DNA of 64,000 bases, taken from Pseudovirgaria hyperparasitica (lineage: Eukaryota). The position numbers and the translations under genes are program-made. The stretch lies in the NCBI GenBank assembly GCA_010093815.1, contig ML996575.1; one strand, 5' to 3'. Below the pieces are notes generated by a model. It was not told the DNA's origin, did no database searches, and saw nothing but the letters and a program-made list of their open reading frames with translations. This document shows, in pieces, positions 14,386 through 27,160 of this stretch (positions are counted from its first letter, which is position 1; every line of letters starts with the position of its first letter).

Positions 14386-15608
14386 ATGATAGAAAGCCTC
14401 GTCCCTCTGGGGATTGTGACGCTGATCTTCGGCGGGTGTTGTTCCAATGTACGTACCATGCAATCGGGCATATCATGCGTGCATCAATTCACGACGTTTT
14501 AGGTCTTTGCATTAGAAGCAATCGTCAAGTATGTACTCCTCCCTAACCTTCCACAATTGCAACAGCTAATAGCAACCCAGAGAAGAACCTAACAGTGGTA
14601 TGTATATACAATCCCGTAGTCCCCCTTCTACCCAACCATCAATCTAACCACAACCACCACCCCCCAGGCCTCCTCATCACCCTCGGCCAATTCATCCTCG
14701 TCTGCCTCGCCGTCCTCCCCTCCCAACTCGACCCCTCCAGCCCCTACGCCCTCAAACGCTCCGCCGTCCCCTTCCACAAATGGCTCGTCTCCGCCGGCAT
14801 GTTCTTCGCCGTCAACATGCTCAACAACTGGGCCTTCGCCTTTAACATCTCCGTCCCCGTCCACATCATCCTCCGCTCCTTCGGCTCCGCCACCACCATG
14901 GCCGCCGGCCACCTCACCGGCAAGCGCTACTCGCGCCTCCAGATCCTCAGCGTCGCCCTCCTCACCGCCGGCGTGCTCGTCAGCGCCTGGGCCGATGCGA
15001 GCGGCAAGGGGAAGAGCATGACTGACCCTGGCCAGAGTAGCTTCGGCGCCGGTCTGGCCGTCTTGTTGCTCGCGCAGCTGCTGAGCGCGTGGATGGGCGT
15101 CTACGTCCAGGATTTGTATGCCGTGCATGGCGCCGCCTGGGAGCAGAATCTGTTCTACTCGCATCTGCTCAGTCTGCCCATGTTTGTCCCGCTGCGCGCT
15201 ACGCTAGGGGCGCAATTCCGTGCGCTGATGCGCTCGCCACCGCTCGTCACGCCCACGTCAGTATATTTACCCGCGTCGCTGCCGCTGCCGGTCGTCAAGC
15301 TGCTCGCGCAGACGCCGAGGGCGGTGTTTATGCTCGGTGTGAATTCGGTGACGCAGCTGTTGTGCATCAGCGGGGTGAATCTGTTGAGTGCGAAGACGTC
15401 GGCGGTGACGGTGACGATTGTGTTGAATATCCGGAAGCTGGTCAGTTTTATATTTAGTATCTGGTTGTTTGGGAATAGAATGGGGTTGCAGATGGCTGTT
15501 GGTGCGGTGTTGGTGTTCGGATCAGGGGCGCTGTATGGGTGGGAAACGACGGTTGGGATTAAGAGGAGACGTGCAAAGGCAGAGATGGAGGCGAAGAAGG
15601 CAAGGTGA
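14386..15608 (+). CDS. YEA4: UAA-family nucleotide-sugar (UDP-GlcNAc/UDP-xylose) transporter, SLC35B4-like; 26-nt and 17-nt exons near the 5' end
   Basis: IFGGCCSN|VFALEAIV..., LITLGQF, NNWAFAFNISVPVHIILRS, ENLFYSH-like EQNLFYSH, VTIVLNIRKLVS, dibasic C-terminus. Confidence 0.9.
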
Positions 15609-15659
15609 ACCTAGAGTTGTCGTTTTCATGATGAAGTTGGACCAGATAGATATAGAGTT

Positions 15660-15676
15660 AGTAGTAGTAGTAGTAT
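15660..15676. repeat. (GTA)n short tandem repeat
   Basis: agtagtagtagtagtatt seen directly. Confidence 0.7.
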
Positions 15677-16108
15677 TGGTCACAAATCGTTCTTCGAGGC
15701 CATCTGAAAACGATCGGTCTATTTGGGGATCTACTGCTACTAGATTGACACATGAATCGTGTGCACGTCTCGGCATGATCAACGTAGAACAAGCATGAAC
15801 CAACAATATGTTCCAAACAGTCGACAGCAAAGGAAATGAGAAAGCACCACGTGACAAAGCACAAAAACACTTCAAAGATTATTGCATATGTGCACTCCGT
15901 TCCACTGTTTCTAGGAGAATGTAATGCAATATGTGAGAGACATGCAGAGTATGAGGAAAGCATGCTTCTCAAGTGTTGACAAACGCCGGCGACCCCCATA
16001 TTATCGAGATACCTTACTTGGCAAGGTTTCGTTCCAACTTTTATTCCGTAGATAAAACTCAAATTGGATACAAGCGAGTCGGCAGCTTAAGACGATTTTC
16101 GACACCAC

Positions 16109-17506
16109 TTAAATCAGATCTGATCACATTGTCAGCTAATTGTTGCCAGTAAAGATGCGTCCTCTGAGACTTACCGGCCACATTCATGGGCATCTCCTCA
16201 ATTTGTGTGCTGTAGAATTGTTCAATTTCGCGCATCATTCGTACGTCATCAGCAGTGACGAAGTTGATGGCAACACCCTTACGACCGAAACGGCCACCAC
16301 GACCAATGCGATGGATGTAGTTCTCGCGGTTGGCAGGCAAGTCATAGTTAATGACCAGAGAGACTTGTTGGACATCGATACCACGGGCCAACAGATCAGT
16401 AGCGATGAGCACACGGGATGAACCGGAGCGGAACTCCTTCATAATGAGATCACGCTGGGCCTGGTCCATGTCTCCGTGCATGGCGGAGACGGTGAAGTCA
16501 CGGGCAGTGAGCTTGTCGGTAAGCCAATCGACCTTTCTCCGGGTGTTGCAGAAGATGACGGCCTGTGTGATGGTGACGGTCTCGTAAAGATCGGAAAGGG
16601 TGTCTAGCTTCCAATCCTCCTTCTCAACAGCGATGTAGAACTGCTTGATACCTTCGAGAGTAAGCTCGTCCTTCTTGACGAGGATACGAACGGGATCGCG
16701 CATGAACTTGGTGGTGACCTCAAGGACGTCCTGGGGCATGGTGGCGGACAGAAGGACAACCTGGGTAGACTGGGGGAGCAGCTGGAAGATGTCGTAGATC
16801 TGCTCAGTGAAACCGCGGGACAACATCTCGTCAGCCTCGTCGAGGACGAACATTTTCATGGAATCAGTCTTCAGGACGCGGCGCTGAATCATGTCCTGAA
16901 CACGGCCAGGAGTTCCAACGACGACGTGAGGGCCATCTCCAAGAGCCTTCATGTCATCACGGACGCTGGTACCGCCGATACAGGCATGGCATTCAATGTT
17001 CATGAAATCACCGATGGCGATAACGACCTTCTGAATCTGCTGGGCAAGTTCGCGAGTGGGGGCAAGGATCAAGGCCTGGCAAGCCTTGACATTGGGGTCA
17101 ATCTTCTGGAGGACAGAGATGGAGAAGGTGGCAGTCTTTCCAGTACCTGACTGAGCCTGCGCGATAACGTCGGAGCCTATGGAGAATCAGTAACCATGTC
17201 CGAACGTGGATGTATGCGGAATATGTAGACCCACCCTTGATGACGGGCATGATAGCGCGCTGCTGAATCGCAGAGGGACGCTCGAAACCGTAGGCATAAA
17301 CTCCACGAAGGAGCTCAGCCTTCAGGTTCATGCTGTCGAAGGAGTCGGTAACTTCATCGTAGTTGGACTCGATCTGACCTGGTACCGAGAGCGTTAGTGG
17401 ATGCAAATTTGCGGCAAAATAATAGCTTCGCCCAGAACGCAACGAGTGCGCCCTGCGAGAACCTTCACGTACCCTCTGGGATATCTTCGAGGCCTTTTTC
17501 AGCCAT
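16109..17506 (-). CDS. TIF1: ATP-dependent RNA helicase eIF4A, 4 exons
   Basis: [47 protein letters not shown], final exon ...MNVA|DLI*. Confidence 0.97.
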
Positions 17507-18080
17507 GATTGCGACGAGAGGAGATGGTGATCACAGGCGTTGCGCTGCGATCAAATGAACGTTTGTGCTTGTGGCCGGGCTGTGCAGAGAAGTCCTTGAA
17601 AGGAGGCTCTGCGACAAAGGTTGAAGAGTACTAAAAATGCGAAGAAAGACCCTCTGTACAAATAGAATCAGTTCTATACGAGACGTGAGGCCTCGAAGTG
17701 GTGGTGGTTGAGTTGAAGTATTTGTTGTGGAGAGTTGGAAGTGAGAGAAAAAAGTTCGTCCCCGCCTGCTGAATTTTGAAAGATTTCGTAGATTCGGGGG
17801 GGATCGCGCTAGTAGCCTTGGCATCCACAGTCCGCCAGAAAATTGTGTCGCGGGAGGCAAAATTATCGCATTTGGATTCGCATATACTATGACAGAACCT
17901 CTTTGCCTTTGCTGATCAATGTGAGCTTGATACTGTGACTTCTGGTCAACCGTTCACAGTCACAATACTGACTTTGACGTGCGATCTAGCATCTCTCTCG
18001 CATTCCGCATCGTCCGAGCGCATCAGCCTCACTGACTGACCAATCAACAACGGCCTTGCCCCTATGCTTGTTGACTTCAA

Positions 18081-20076
18081 ATGACTCCGTCCGCAGTACT
18101 TAATCCCACCACTGACGAGGGAAGCACTATTCATCCAGCTAAGAGGATGAAGATAGATGGTCCCCCGCAGAGCACATGCTCTGACTCTGATGAGTCAGGG
18201 GATGACGTTCCGGTAGCAATACAACAACATCCTCTACGAGTGAAACCATCTGGAAATGCCTACACTGCGTCCAGTAACTCGAAGGACTGCAGTGGTTTCT
18301 TCGCCAGGCTACCGGACGAGCTGCTTATGGTTTTACTTGAGTCCTTTGACTCAGACAAGTTGACTCAGCTGGGGGGCACATGTAAGTACTTGTATGCCTT
18401 CACGAGGTCAGATGAGTTATGGCGGGACCTCTTTGTACGGTAAGTGGCATGCCACGTTCCTTTGCTCTCTAAGTCTCGTTTTATGTCTCCAAGTCTTCGA
18501 AATCGTTCCTTGGGATAGGATGCGCCCCGTAAGAGGACAGTATACACCCATACCCTATAACCCCTATTAAGGATGGGGAATAACATGCAATGGGAGCGAC
18601 ATGATCGTATGCAAGCGTTTCACTGATGATATCCTCATCGACCCCATGTCTCCCATCCAATCATGTATCAAATACTGTGTATGCACATCATCGACATGCT
18701 CCTACCTCTGACCGGTCAAAAGCTAGTTGGTCTTACTTCATTCACCCTGCTAACGACGAGCTAGATCAAAACCAAAAGACTTCTCCTGGCACGGCACATG
18801 GCGGGCAACGTATCTGGGCAAGCCATCCTCTGCATTTTCCCGTCTCGACTGCTCAGCCGTCTTCTCCGACGTCCTCCACCGCCCCTTTTTCTGCGCTCAC
18901 ACACCCCTCGACCACTACGCCCGCAACATTCCGCGCCAAAACGCCATCGACCGCTTCTCCGATCTCAGCGAAGCAGACTTTCAATCTTCCTGGACAAACA
19001 AACCCTTCATCCTCACCGACCCTATCAAGCAGTGGCCCATTTACAAGACCTGGAACACCGCCTCGCTCCTCGAGAAATACGCCTCCGTCACCTTCCGCGC
19101 TGAGGCCGTCGACTGGCCACTCAGCACCTACACCTCCTACATGCACAACTCATCCGACGAATCCCCCCTCTACCTCTTCGACCGCTCCTTTGTCGAGAAA
19201 ATGTCCCTCACCGTCAGCTCCTCCCCACCCTCCAACTGCTCCTCCTCCACCTCCACCACCTCCACCGACGCAACAGAAGCAGCATACTGGCCACCCCCCG
19301 CCTTCGGCACAGACTTCTTCTCCGTCCTCCACGCCCAACGGCCCGACCGCCGCTGGCTCATCCTCGGCCCCGCCCGCAGCGGCAGCACCTTCCACAAAGA
19401 CCCCAACGCCACATCCGCCTGGAACGCCGTGCTCACCGGCGCAAAATACTGGCTCCTCTTCCCCTCCCCACCCCCAGGCATCATCCTCTCCCCCGACAAC
19501 GCCGAAATCACCGCCCCGCTCAGCATCGCAGAGTACCTCCTCACCTTCCACGCCCTCGCGCGTCGCTCGCCGGGCTGCGTCGAGGCCGTCTGCCACGCGG
19601 GCGAGGTCCTGCATGTCCCCAGCGGCTGGTTCCATCTCGTGCTTAATCTGCAGGAGGGCGTGGCGGTGACGCAGAATTTTGTGCCTAGGGCCAAGGTGCC
19701 GGATGTTTTGGCGTTTCTGAGGGATGTGCCCGAGCAGGTTACGGGGTTTCGGGATGATGTGGGGGATCCGTTTGGGTTGTTTGTTGAGAGGTTGGGGGCG
19801 GAGTATCCGGATGTTTTGGAGGAGGGTATGGGGGTTTTGGAGAGGAGGGGGACGGGGAAGAAGGGGAGGAGGACGAGGTGGGAGGTGTTGACGAAGGGTC
19901 TGCTTGGGGGGGATGATGGGGAGAAGAAGGAGAGTGGGTTTAGTTTTGGGTTTGGGGGTGGGGAAGGGGATGAGAGTGCGGATGAGGATGATGGGGCGCA
20001 AGGAGGGTTCTCGTTTGGGTTTGGGACGACGGGGGATGATAGTGAGGACGATGACGATGCACTGCCAGCCCAGTAG
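18081..20076 (+). CDS. F-box plus JmjC-domain protein (JMJD6-like); long intron ~18440-18763
   Basis: N-terminal VKPSGNAY, F-box LPDELLMVLL...LWRDLF; JmjC DESPLYLFD, RPDRRWLILGPARSGSTFHKDPNATSAWN, VPSGWFHLVLNL with HxD...H iron ligands. Confidence 0.9.
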
Positions 20077-20215
20077 AGAGTAATAATGCCATGAATATGT
20101 TCTTAACCTGATGTATCTATATCTCGGCAGTCTCTAGTAGATTTCGCCATAACGTGACCCATTGAACGCCCCTTAAATGCAGTCATCTAACAATGTATAC
20201 ATACAACATCATCAA

Positions 20216-21450
20216 TCATTCCCTTGGTTTCGGGCTCGGACTCAACAGATCCTCCTCAGACACACCGTCTCCGACGTTGAAGACATTAGCAACGTCGTCG
20301 ACATCCCTAAATTCCTGCGCGTCCTCAGTCCACGCCGGATGTAGACTGATGTCATCCTCCTCTTCACGTAAATGTACAGCGGCCTCGAGCGCATCCGGAT
20401 CATCCGCATATTCGCGCTCCAGATCCCCGACACTCTCGTTGCGCACATGCTCGCGCTCTTCGGCCTCTAGCTCTTTGGCTCTGGCCTGTGTCTTTTTGTA
20501 CATGAAGTATCCTGTTGCGATGCCGGCTACGAGGCCGATCAGGATGCTTAGGTATGAGATTGCTTTTGTCTTGCCGTCCATCTCTTCGCCCTCGTCGGCG
20601 ATACGGCTGAGCTGAGAGCCGACGTAGACGTGGATGAGGAGCTTTGGTGTCACGCACGCGGTGGCGAGGGCGAAAAAGGCCCAGTGGACGGTGGGGAAGG
20701 TGGCGATGGCGCCGTTTGAGATTGAATATGGGAGTGGACAGAGTCGGATCATGACTAGGAGCTTGAGGCCGTCGTGTTTCAGAGTCAGGGCTAAGGCGTT
20801 GAAGCGCTTGTCGTGGGCTACGAAGCGGTCGACATACTTCTTCAGTACCGAGCGCGAGGCGATGAACGCTATCGTACTCCCAACCACAGTAGCAGAGGCA
20901 GCAATGTACCAGCTGGAGGTAAGTCAGCAGGCAAATTCCAGCACCAGGGGGCAAAGTGTACACACCCATTCGGAAAGCCATATACAAAGCCAGAGATGGT
21001 CAGCAGCGTAGAGTATCCTATCATCGGCGGGAAGGACACAATGATGATGAGAAACCAGAGTATGAGCCATCCCGCGGTGATATCATTCCACTTCTTCGCA
21101 TACGGTTTCATCCACCGGAATATGCTCTCATTATAGACCAAAAACAGTATTCCCAGCACCACAGCTATGACGCCTGCTACGCTCGCCAGAACTTTCTGCA
21201 ACGGCGTGAGCTTATTCCATTGCTTCAGGCCTCTCCTTTGAATCTTCTCGGCATTCTGTAGCACCTGCGCACTCCAACTGCGCGGACGGTCGCCGAAGGT
21301 AGACTGTCCCGACCGGTTGTATGAGCCGGAGCGACGAGCATACGAGCTCGACCTCCTCGCCCACGCCGGGCTATCCGAGCGTCTCTGTGATTCTGGATCG
21401 GTGTCTGCAGGAAGCATGAAGGCGCGCGCATCTTCGTCAGCGACTGGCAT
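20216..21450 (-). CDS. TVP38: TVP38/TMEM64 (DedA/SNARE-associated Golgi) membrane protein; intron ~20914-20966
   Basis: VSFPPMIGYSTLLTISGFVYGFPNG|WYIAASATVVGSTIAF, MIRLCPLPYSISNGA. Confidence 0.9.
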
Positions 21451-22616
21451 GGTGACGATTCAAGATCGAGATCGAGTTCGGAGATGTCGGAAGCACTGAC
21501 AGGGGGAGGTGATGACGACGATTCGGCGGCTGCAGACGGCGGAGATGATGACGGGACTACCGATGCAGAAACATCCGAGAATACTGAGTACGAAGCGAAG
21601 AGAAGAGAAGAGGAGCTTAAGATGACACAAGTAAACGGTTGGACGAAGCAGTTGGAGTGAATGTTGGAAGCCAGCCGCTGCTCACGTAATGGCGTAATGA
21701 GCGTACAGGGCTGCCAGGATTGCTGCCTTCAGGCACCAAGAATGGATCCCAAAGTGAAAGAAAGAACCCTGCGATCCATGCGGGCGGCCGCTAGTAAGAC
21801 TCCCGTCTCGGTGCGTGCTATATCCGTGCGCGGTGTATTTACATGTTTATAGTCATGCAATGATAATGAATATATGTTACGTTGGACCATGCAGAGCATT
21901 GTACTGCAGACGTCTGATGGGAGGCTACTCGGTAGAGACTGTGACTTACTAATAATAACTCTTTCTTTGGGCACGACGCCGTACGCGCCGCATTCGAGGC
22001 GTTGTTTAGCTATGGTCTGAGCAAGTGGACAACATCACGTCGTACATTGTGAGCTCAGGCTTCTTCAACCGTCAGAGCAGCCAAGGATGAAGCCCATAAT
22101 TCTGGACATATATATGACAAGTATATTCCATGAAGTGATTAAGGATTCATGCAGCTGTTTCGTTTCAATTGTATGCACGGACTTTGGTAGACTAAAGGAG
22201 TCTTGGCTCTGGGGAATTCATTAGCCCGTTCTAACCTCAGGCCAATATCAGGCCAACATCAGGCTCTCACCCTCACCTTGACCCCTCGACCGCCAGCCAC
22301 AACACCACCACTCACTCCTAATTCACTCCTCCCCTCACTCTTCTCTTCGATCAATATTCTCACATACTGCTGCTGTGGTCTTTGTTCTTTCGTCTCTGCA
22401 ATTCTTCCGTTTTGATCCTACGCTGCCCGGTCAGCTACTTGCCCGCGTTTCACCGCGTCAGCATCACTGAATATAAGCCTACTTTCACGTTCCGTGACAC
22501 CGCCCTAATCGTAATCTACCTTCACTCACACATCTGCGGACTCTACTTCTGCTGGCGTCTGCTATGCGCCTGGAGCTTTCCGTCACCAACCTACCTTCAA
22601 CAAACAACCCTCCAAT

Positions 22617-24940
22617 ATGATACCCGACGCCGCTTACGACCTGTGTCTCCCGATCCTCCAAGACGACTCGCTCGACGATGATGACAAGACGGAGAAGGTG
22701 GAAGAGCTTTTGCGTAAAGAGACATCTTTGACGGGAAAGTCCTTAGAAGGTGCTGTTCTCGATGCACTGTGGCGATACCGCGATAGCACCGTGGGCAACT
22801 CAACATCTCCTCCACCTAGCCGCCATACTGTCGTCCGTCGACCATCCCCAGCTGCTTGGCAGCTCGCTCGAGCTTCTACACCACTCGGCTCTTCTCCCAG
22901 GATCGCGCCACCTCCAGGCTTTGGAATAGCTCCACCCGGCTTTGCTCGTGCAAAGTCGTCGACCGCCTCACCCTTCACCTCCCCGCGTCCGTCTCCACGA
23001 CTGGCATTCTCCTCGCCGCATATACCACACAGTCCAAGCCTCAGCGCATATCAATTTAGCGAGTCTAGCTATACTCCAGATCCATATGGAGATCTCAACA
23101 GTGACTCTGTGGACTGGCTAGTCAACGATGACGCTGTGAGCGAGGCTTCTTCTCTGCAGGGCGAGACTGGACTGAACGGTGCTGCGGCTGAATGGGTTCA
23201 GCCGTACACTATGGATATGGAACCGTATGATATGCTCAGGTCCGTCTTACGGGATGACAAGTCGAACGAGGAGCTCGAGAAGGCGCTACAGGAAAATGAG
23301 TACGACCTCAGTGCCACAATCCTCGCCTTGATGGGGGAACAAGGTTTAACTCAGCCCTCACTAGCTGAAGCTGAGAAGACATTCACAGTTGGGAAGTCGA
23401 TGAGTCCTGCTTTCAGACCTGCGACTCCTGCGGGTCAAGCCAAGTCAAACATACTGTGCAAATACTGGCTCTCCAGTGGTCATTGCGCACGTGCGGATTG
23501 CAGGTTCAGCCACGACCCTAGCAAAACACTGTGCAAGTAAGTAGTCGTGATTTACAGATTATGTATTCAGCTAACATAATCGTCGCAGGTACTTCATTCA
23601 AGGCAACTGCCTAGCTGGCGAGACTTGCATGTTTTCGCACGACCCCTCCGCTCTGATGGCCCGCTTGATGTTGGAAGGAGGAGCAGGAACCCAGGCAAAT
23701 ACTGCACCGAACTTTCACGTACAAGACTACGAAGCGTTTCCAGCTCTACAGCAGACTCCGTCCAACTCTTACCTTGATCCATCTACCGTCGAAGCTATCT
23801 ACAACTCAGGCGGCTCCGTGGCCACACCCCCGCCAGGCTTGAACCCATTCGCAAACTTCGTCCCGAGCTCCCAGAGCCGGTCACAATCCAGACCAGGCAG
23901 TCGTCAACAATCGCGAGCTGTAACACCTTCTGCGCCTTCTGTCAACGATGACGAAGCTTTCCCTACACTGGGGTCCGCGGCTACCAGGGGTGGCAAGAGA
24001 CATCATGGAAAGCGTGGTGCTCACGGAGCTAGCAAGGAGAATGTTGTGCCTCAGTCTATGGCTGATCTGGTAAAGATGTCACCATCGCCAAGTCCGGCTC
24101 AGCTCCGAAAGGGCGTAAGGTCCGCGAAGAGCTTTCAGAACAGTCGCGAGAACAGCGCTGCAGCACAGGCTATTCCTGCTCCAGAACGCGTCCCGTGGCT
24201 AGATACGGGTGACTCTGCCAATAAAGCTTACCTTAAAGCTCGCCAGGAAGCATTCAAGCATGGTGGACTACGAAACAAATTCTTACAGAGCGCAGCTCAG
24301 GCGTGGAATCGCAACGACTCACGCGCTGCCAAAGCGCTGAGTCTACGAGGCCAGAGTGAAAATGACCTGATGCGGAAAGCACATCGCGAGGCGGCACAGC
24401 ATCTTTATGAGGAACGGAACAAAGATCTTGGTCCCAACGCACGTGAGCTTTACGTTGATCTACATGGTGAGTCCTCCCTTTTAGTTAGCAGTGACTATGA
24501 TACTAAAGACAACTACAGGTCTACACCCGGAAGAAGCCGTCACCTATCTCGAAAACATCCTCCTCAAACACCAAGCCACCTCCCGGCCCATCTACGCCAT
24601 CACCGGCACCGGCCACCACTCCAAAAACGGCAAAGACAAAGTCGGCAAGGCCATACGTGGCTTCCTCAACGAATGGCGCTACGTCTTCCGCGAGTTCTCG
24701 GTGCCGGGCGACCGCAATAACGTTGGCGGCATCCTCGGGGTGGATCCAAGCAGCTGGGACCGCAGCTTGGGCGAGCGCACGGCCAAAGAGTTTGTGGAGG
24801 AGGGCGCGGACGACGGGAAAAGGGGCGAGCTGGGCACGAAGATTCAGTTGCTGAAGAGGGGCGAGGACGCTGGCGGGGCGAAGGTGATGGTGGGTGAGAT
24901 ACCCAAGGGGCCGCGGGCGAGGCTGGGCGCGGTGTCGTGA
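22617..24940 (+). CDS. CCCH zinc-finger, DUF1771 and Smr-domain protein; introns ~23537-23589 and ~24467-24518
   Basis: Two CCCH fingers (CKYWLSSGHCARADCRFSH; CK|YFIQGNCLAGETCMFSH), AAQAWNRNDSRAAKALS, Smr VDLHG|LHPEEA and ITGTGHHS. Confidence 0.9.
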
Positions 24941-25468
24941 CAGTTGTAGAAGCGAGAAAAGAGAAAATTTAAGATTAAATTAAACGTTGACGTTTTGACT
25001 GCGCGTGATGAGACTGGCTTGATGGCTGAAAGCTGACTTGATGGCCGGGGGCTGATTCGTATGCATCGAGGAAAGGAGCTTAGCTGCTGGAGTGCTCGCA
25101 CTTTTGATTTCCAATTGCTGTCTCGATGGATTGGATTGTGAATGCCGCTGCATGCACATCAGACTTTTGGTCTGGTTATACAGGCTTGGGCTGGTGGTGT
25201 GAAGCGTTTCACAAGATTCAATTCGAGCCATGTTGTTCTATGTCATCTAACTTTCTATTGGTGATGATGCTATGCTGGAGTATATATGCGTGTGAGATCG
25301 AACATGATAGCGAGAGTACGTATGTAGTAAGTACTGTTGAAGTACAACAATCCATCCATCCCCATCCAACCGCATGCTACGCCCGCTCAAATGCAACACT
25401 CAATCCCCCCTTTTCTCTCCCTTTCCCTCTCCTCCCCCCTCAATCAACCCCTTCCCCTCTAACCCCCC

Positions 25469-26026
25469 TCACCCCGGCCTCTCAGCAGCAAGATAATAAA
25501 ACTCCCTAAACCCGACCTCGCCCTCCCGCCCCTCCCTCGCCCACGGAAAATACACCCCCTCAACCCCCAACCGCCTCCACCCCAACCTCTCATAAAACCT
25601 CACCGCAGCCCCATCCTTCTCCAACACATCCAGCACGACCCCCCTCCCCCACGCCCTCGCCCGCTCCACCGCCTCACACACAAGCCTGCGCCCCACGCCC
25701 TGCCCCTGCGCAAACGGCGCGATGAACAGCCGGCCCAGCACGACGTAGTCTTCTGCGCGGGCGGCCGGGTGGTGGGATTGCAGGGCGGCGAAGAGCGTGC
25801 TGGCCGGGTTGATGGGGTGGAGGGCTGCTTGGCCTAGGGGGGTGGTTGTTTGGGGGGTGGTGAGGACGGCGACGTAGGCGGCTAGGGTGGAGGTTGGGGT
25901 GAGGAAGGAGGCTGGGACGGCGGAGCCTTCGACTGGGTAGCCTGTTGTGGCGTGGATGAGGGGGATGAGGGCGTGGAGGGCGGGGATGTCGGTGGGTTCG
26001 CGGGCGCGGATTTGGATTGTGGACAT
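25469..26026 (-). CDS. GNAT-family N-acetyltransferase, single exon
   Basis: MSTIQIRARE...GYPVEG...LGRLFIAPFAQGQGVGRRL (motif A)...LDVLEKDGAAVRFYERLGW (motif B). Confidence 0.88.
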   Translation of the reverse strand: MSTIQIRAREPTDIPALHALIPLIHATTGYPVEGSAVPASFLTPTSTLAAYVAVLTTPQTTTPLGQAALHPINPASTLFAALQSHHPAARAEDYVVLGRLFIAPFAQGQGVGRRLVCEAVERARAWGRGVVLDVLEKDGAAVRFYERLGWRRLGVEGVYFPWAREGREGEVGFREFYYLAAERPG

Positions 26027-26259
26027 TGGGGTTGTGGTTGTGGAGGCGTGTGAGTTTGGTGGTTTGTGTGGGGTTGTATGGATTGTGAGGTTTTGGTCTG
26101 GTGTGGAGGGTTGATTGTTGGTTGGTGGTGTGTTGGTGATGGGTTTGTTCTGCTGTTTTTCGTGTGTCTGTGTGGTGTGTCTGTGTGTCTGTGTGTGTGA
26201 TTGTGGTTGTTTGTTTTGTTGTGTATGTGGAAACTGGAAAGGTGCTTTGTAGCTAACGG

Positions 26260-26760
26260 ATGGAAACAAGAAGGACCGATCCGAAACTGTTGTGTCACAA
26301 TGAATTAGTCTAGTCGAGTTCAAAGTTCCAATTGAACTGACTGAAGCTGAAGTGCTAGAAATCTTATAGCCAACCATAGACATAGACTGAGAATTCGACT
26401 CTAGTAGTAAGTTTCAAGAAGTGGACTCTCCTAAAAGCTTATGTATATACTATACACGTGATTAGCACACGTGACTCTGTCGAGTGAAAGCGATCCCTTT
26501 GAGGTACTTAAAGTCTTTATAGCTGATATACTAGGTCTATACGTAGTCTCAGAATAAGCATTGATCATAACGAAGCTATCAGTTATATATCTGCACTCAA
26601 TACTAAACTGCTGATCTGATAGTTGTCTTATAGCTAAATGTAAATCAATAGGAATCTTTCAAAGCATTTTCTTAATCCGATAGTAGACTATATCTACACC
26701 GAGAGTGAACTAGGTTAGCTGTATTTCCATTGGCAAGAGGTTCGATTTGGACAACTACTA
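26260..26760. other. TpA-rich, RIP-like degenerate segment with a possible pseudo-exon
   Basis: TpA excess by eye. A plus frame KDRSETVVSQ*ISLVEFKVPIELTEAEVLEIL*PTIDID* has stops one transition away from sense codons. Confidence 0.35.
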
Positions 26761-27160
26761 ATGTACCCTTCAAGGGGTCAGATAGAAGTTGAATTGATCG
26801 TTCGGAAGTTTATGAGAACTTCACACATAGCTCATGCTCTCATGTTTGTGCAAGATTGCATATGTGTATGCCTCAACGACAAAACGTGCCGCGATAAGGG
26901 TCAGTGATTTCATCTTTCAGTAACTCGGAGTTGCGATGCAGCGGAGAGGAAATCGACACCTAGATTGGTGGCAAAACCCCACTATACATGGTGCGGGGAT
27001 GCCATCCGCAAAGGGGGAAGGTGACCCGAGCCTGTACAGTCCAATGGACCATGGAACAGTGTATTAATAAAGCAGTAACTGCTCAGAAATGCAATGTCGT
27101 GTCGGGAATCCTTTTATCGCACGTTCCATTTCCCAAATAGGCAATCTGTTTTGACTCGCA

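Noticed and set aside
17933..17964. HomolD-like CAGTCACA with an inverted TGTGACT between eIF4A and the JmjC gene
   Set aside because: Short motif with no evidence of use in this lineage; chance cannot be excluded.
18623..18711. Possible box C/D snoRNA (TGATGA...CTGA) in the long F-box/JmjC intron
   Set aside because: No terminal stem, the C box lacks the leading purine, and no rRNA-complementary guide was recognised; would need snoscan/Rfam.
26027..26383. Long in-frame N-terminal extension of the GNAT ORF
   Set aside because: Q/T/H/N low-complexity product of C/A skew, starting inside the RIP-like patch.
26967..26975. GGTGGCAAA (yeast Rpn4/PACE site)
   Set aside because: Lies upstream of a dehydrogenase and is absent from the RPT1 promoter; likely chance.
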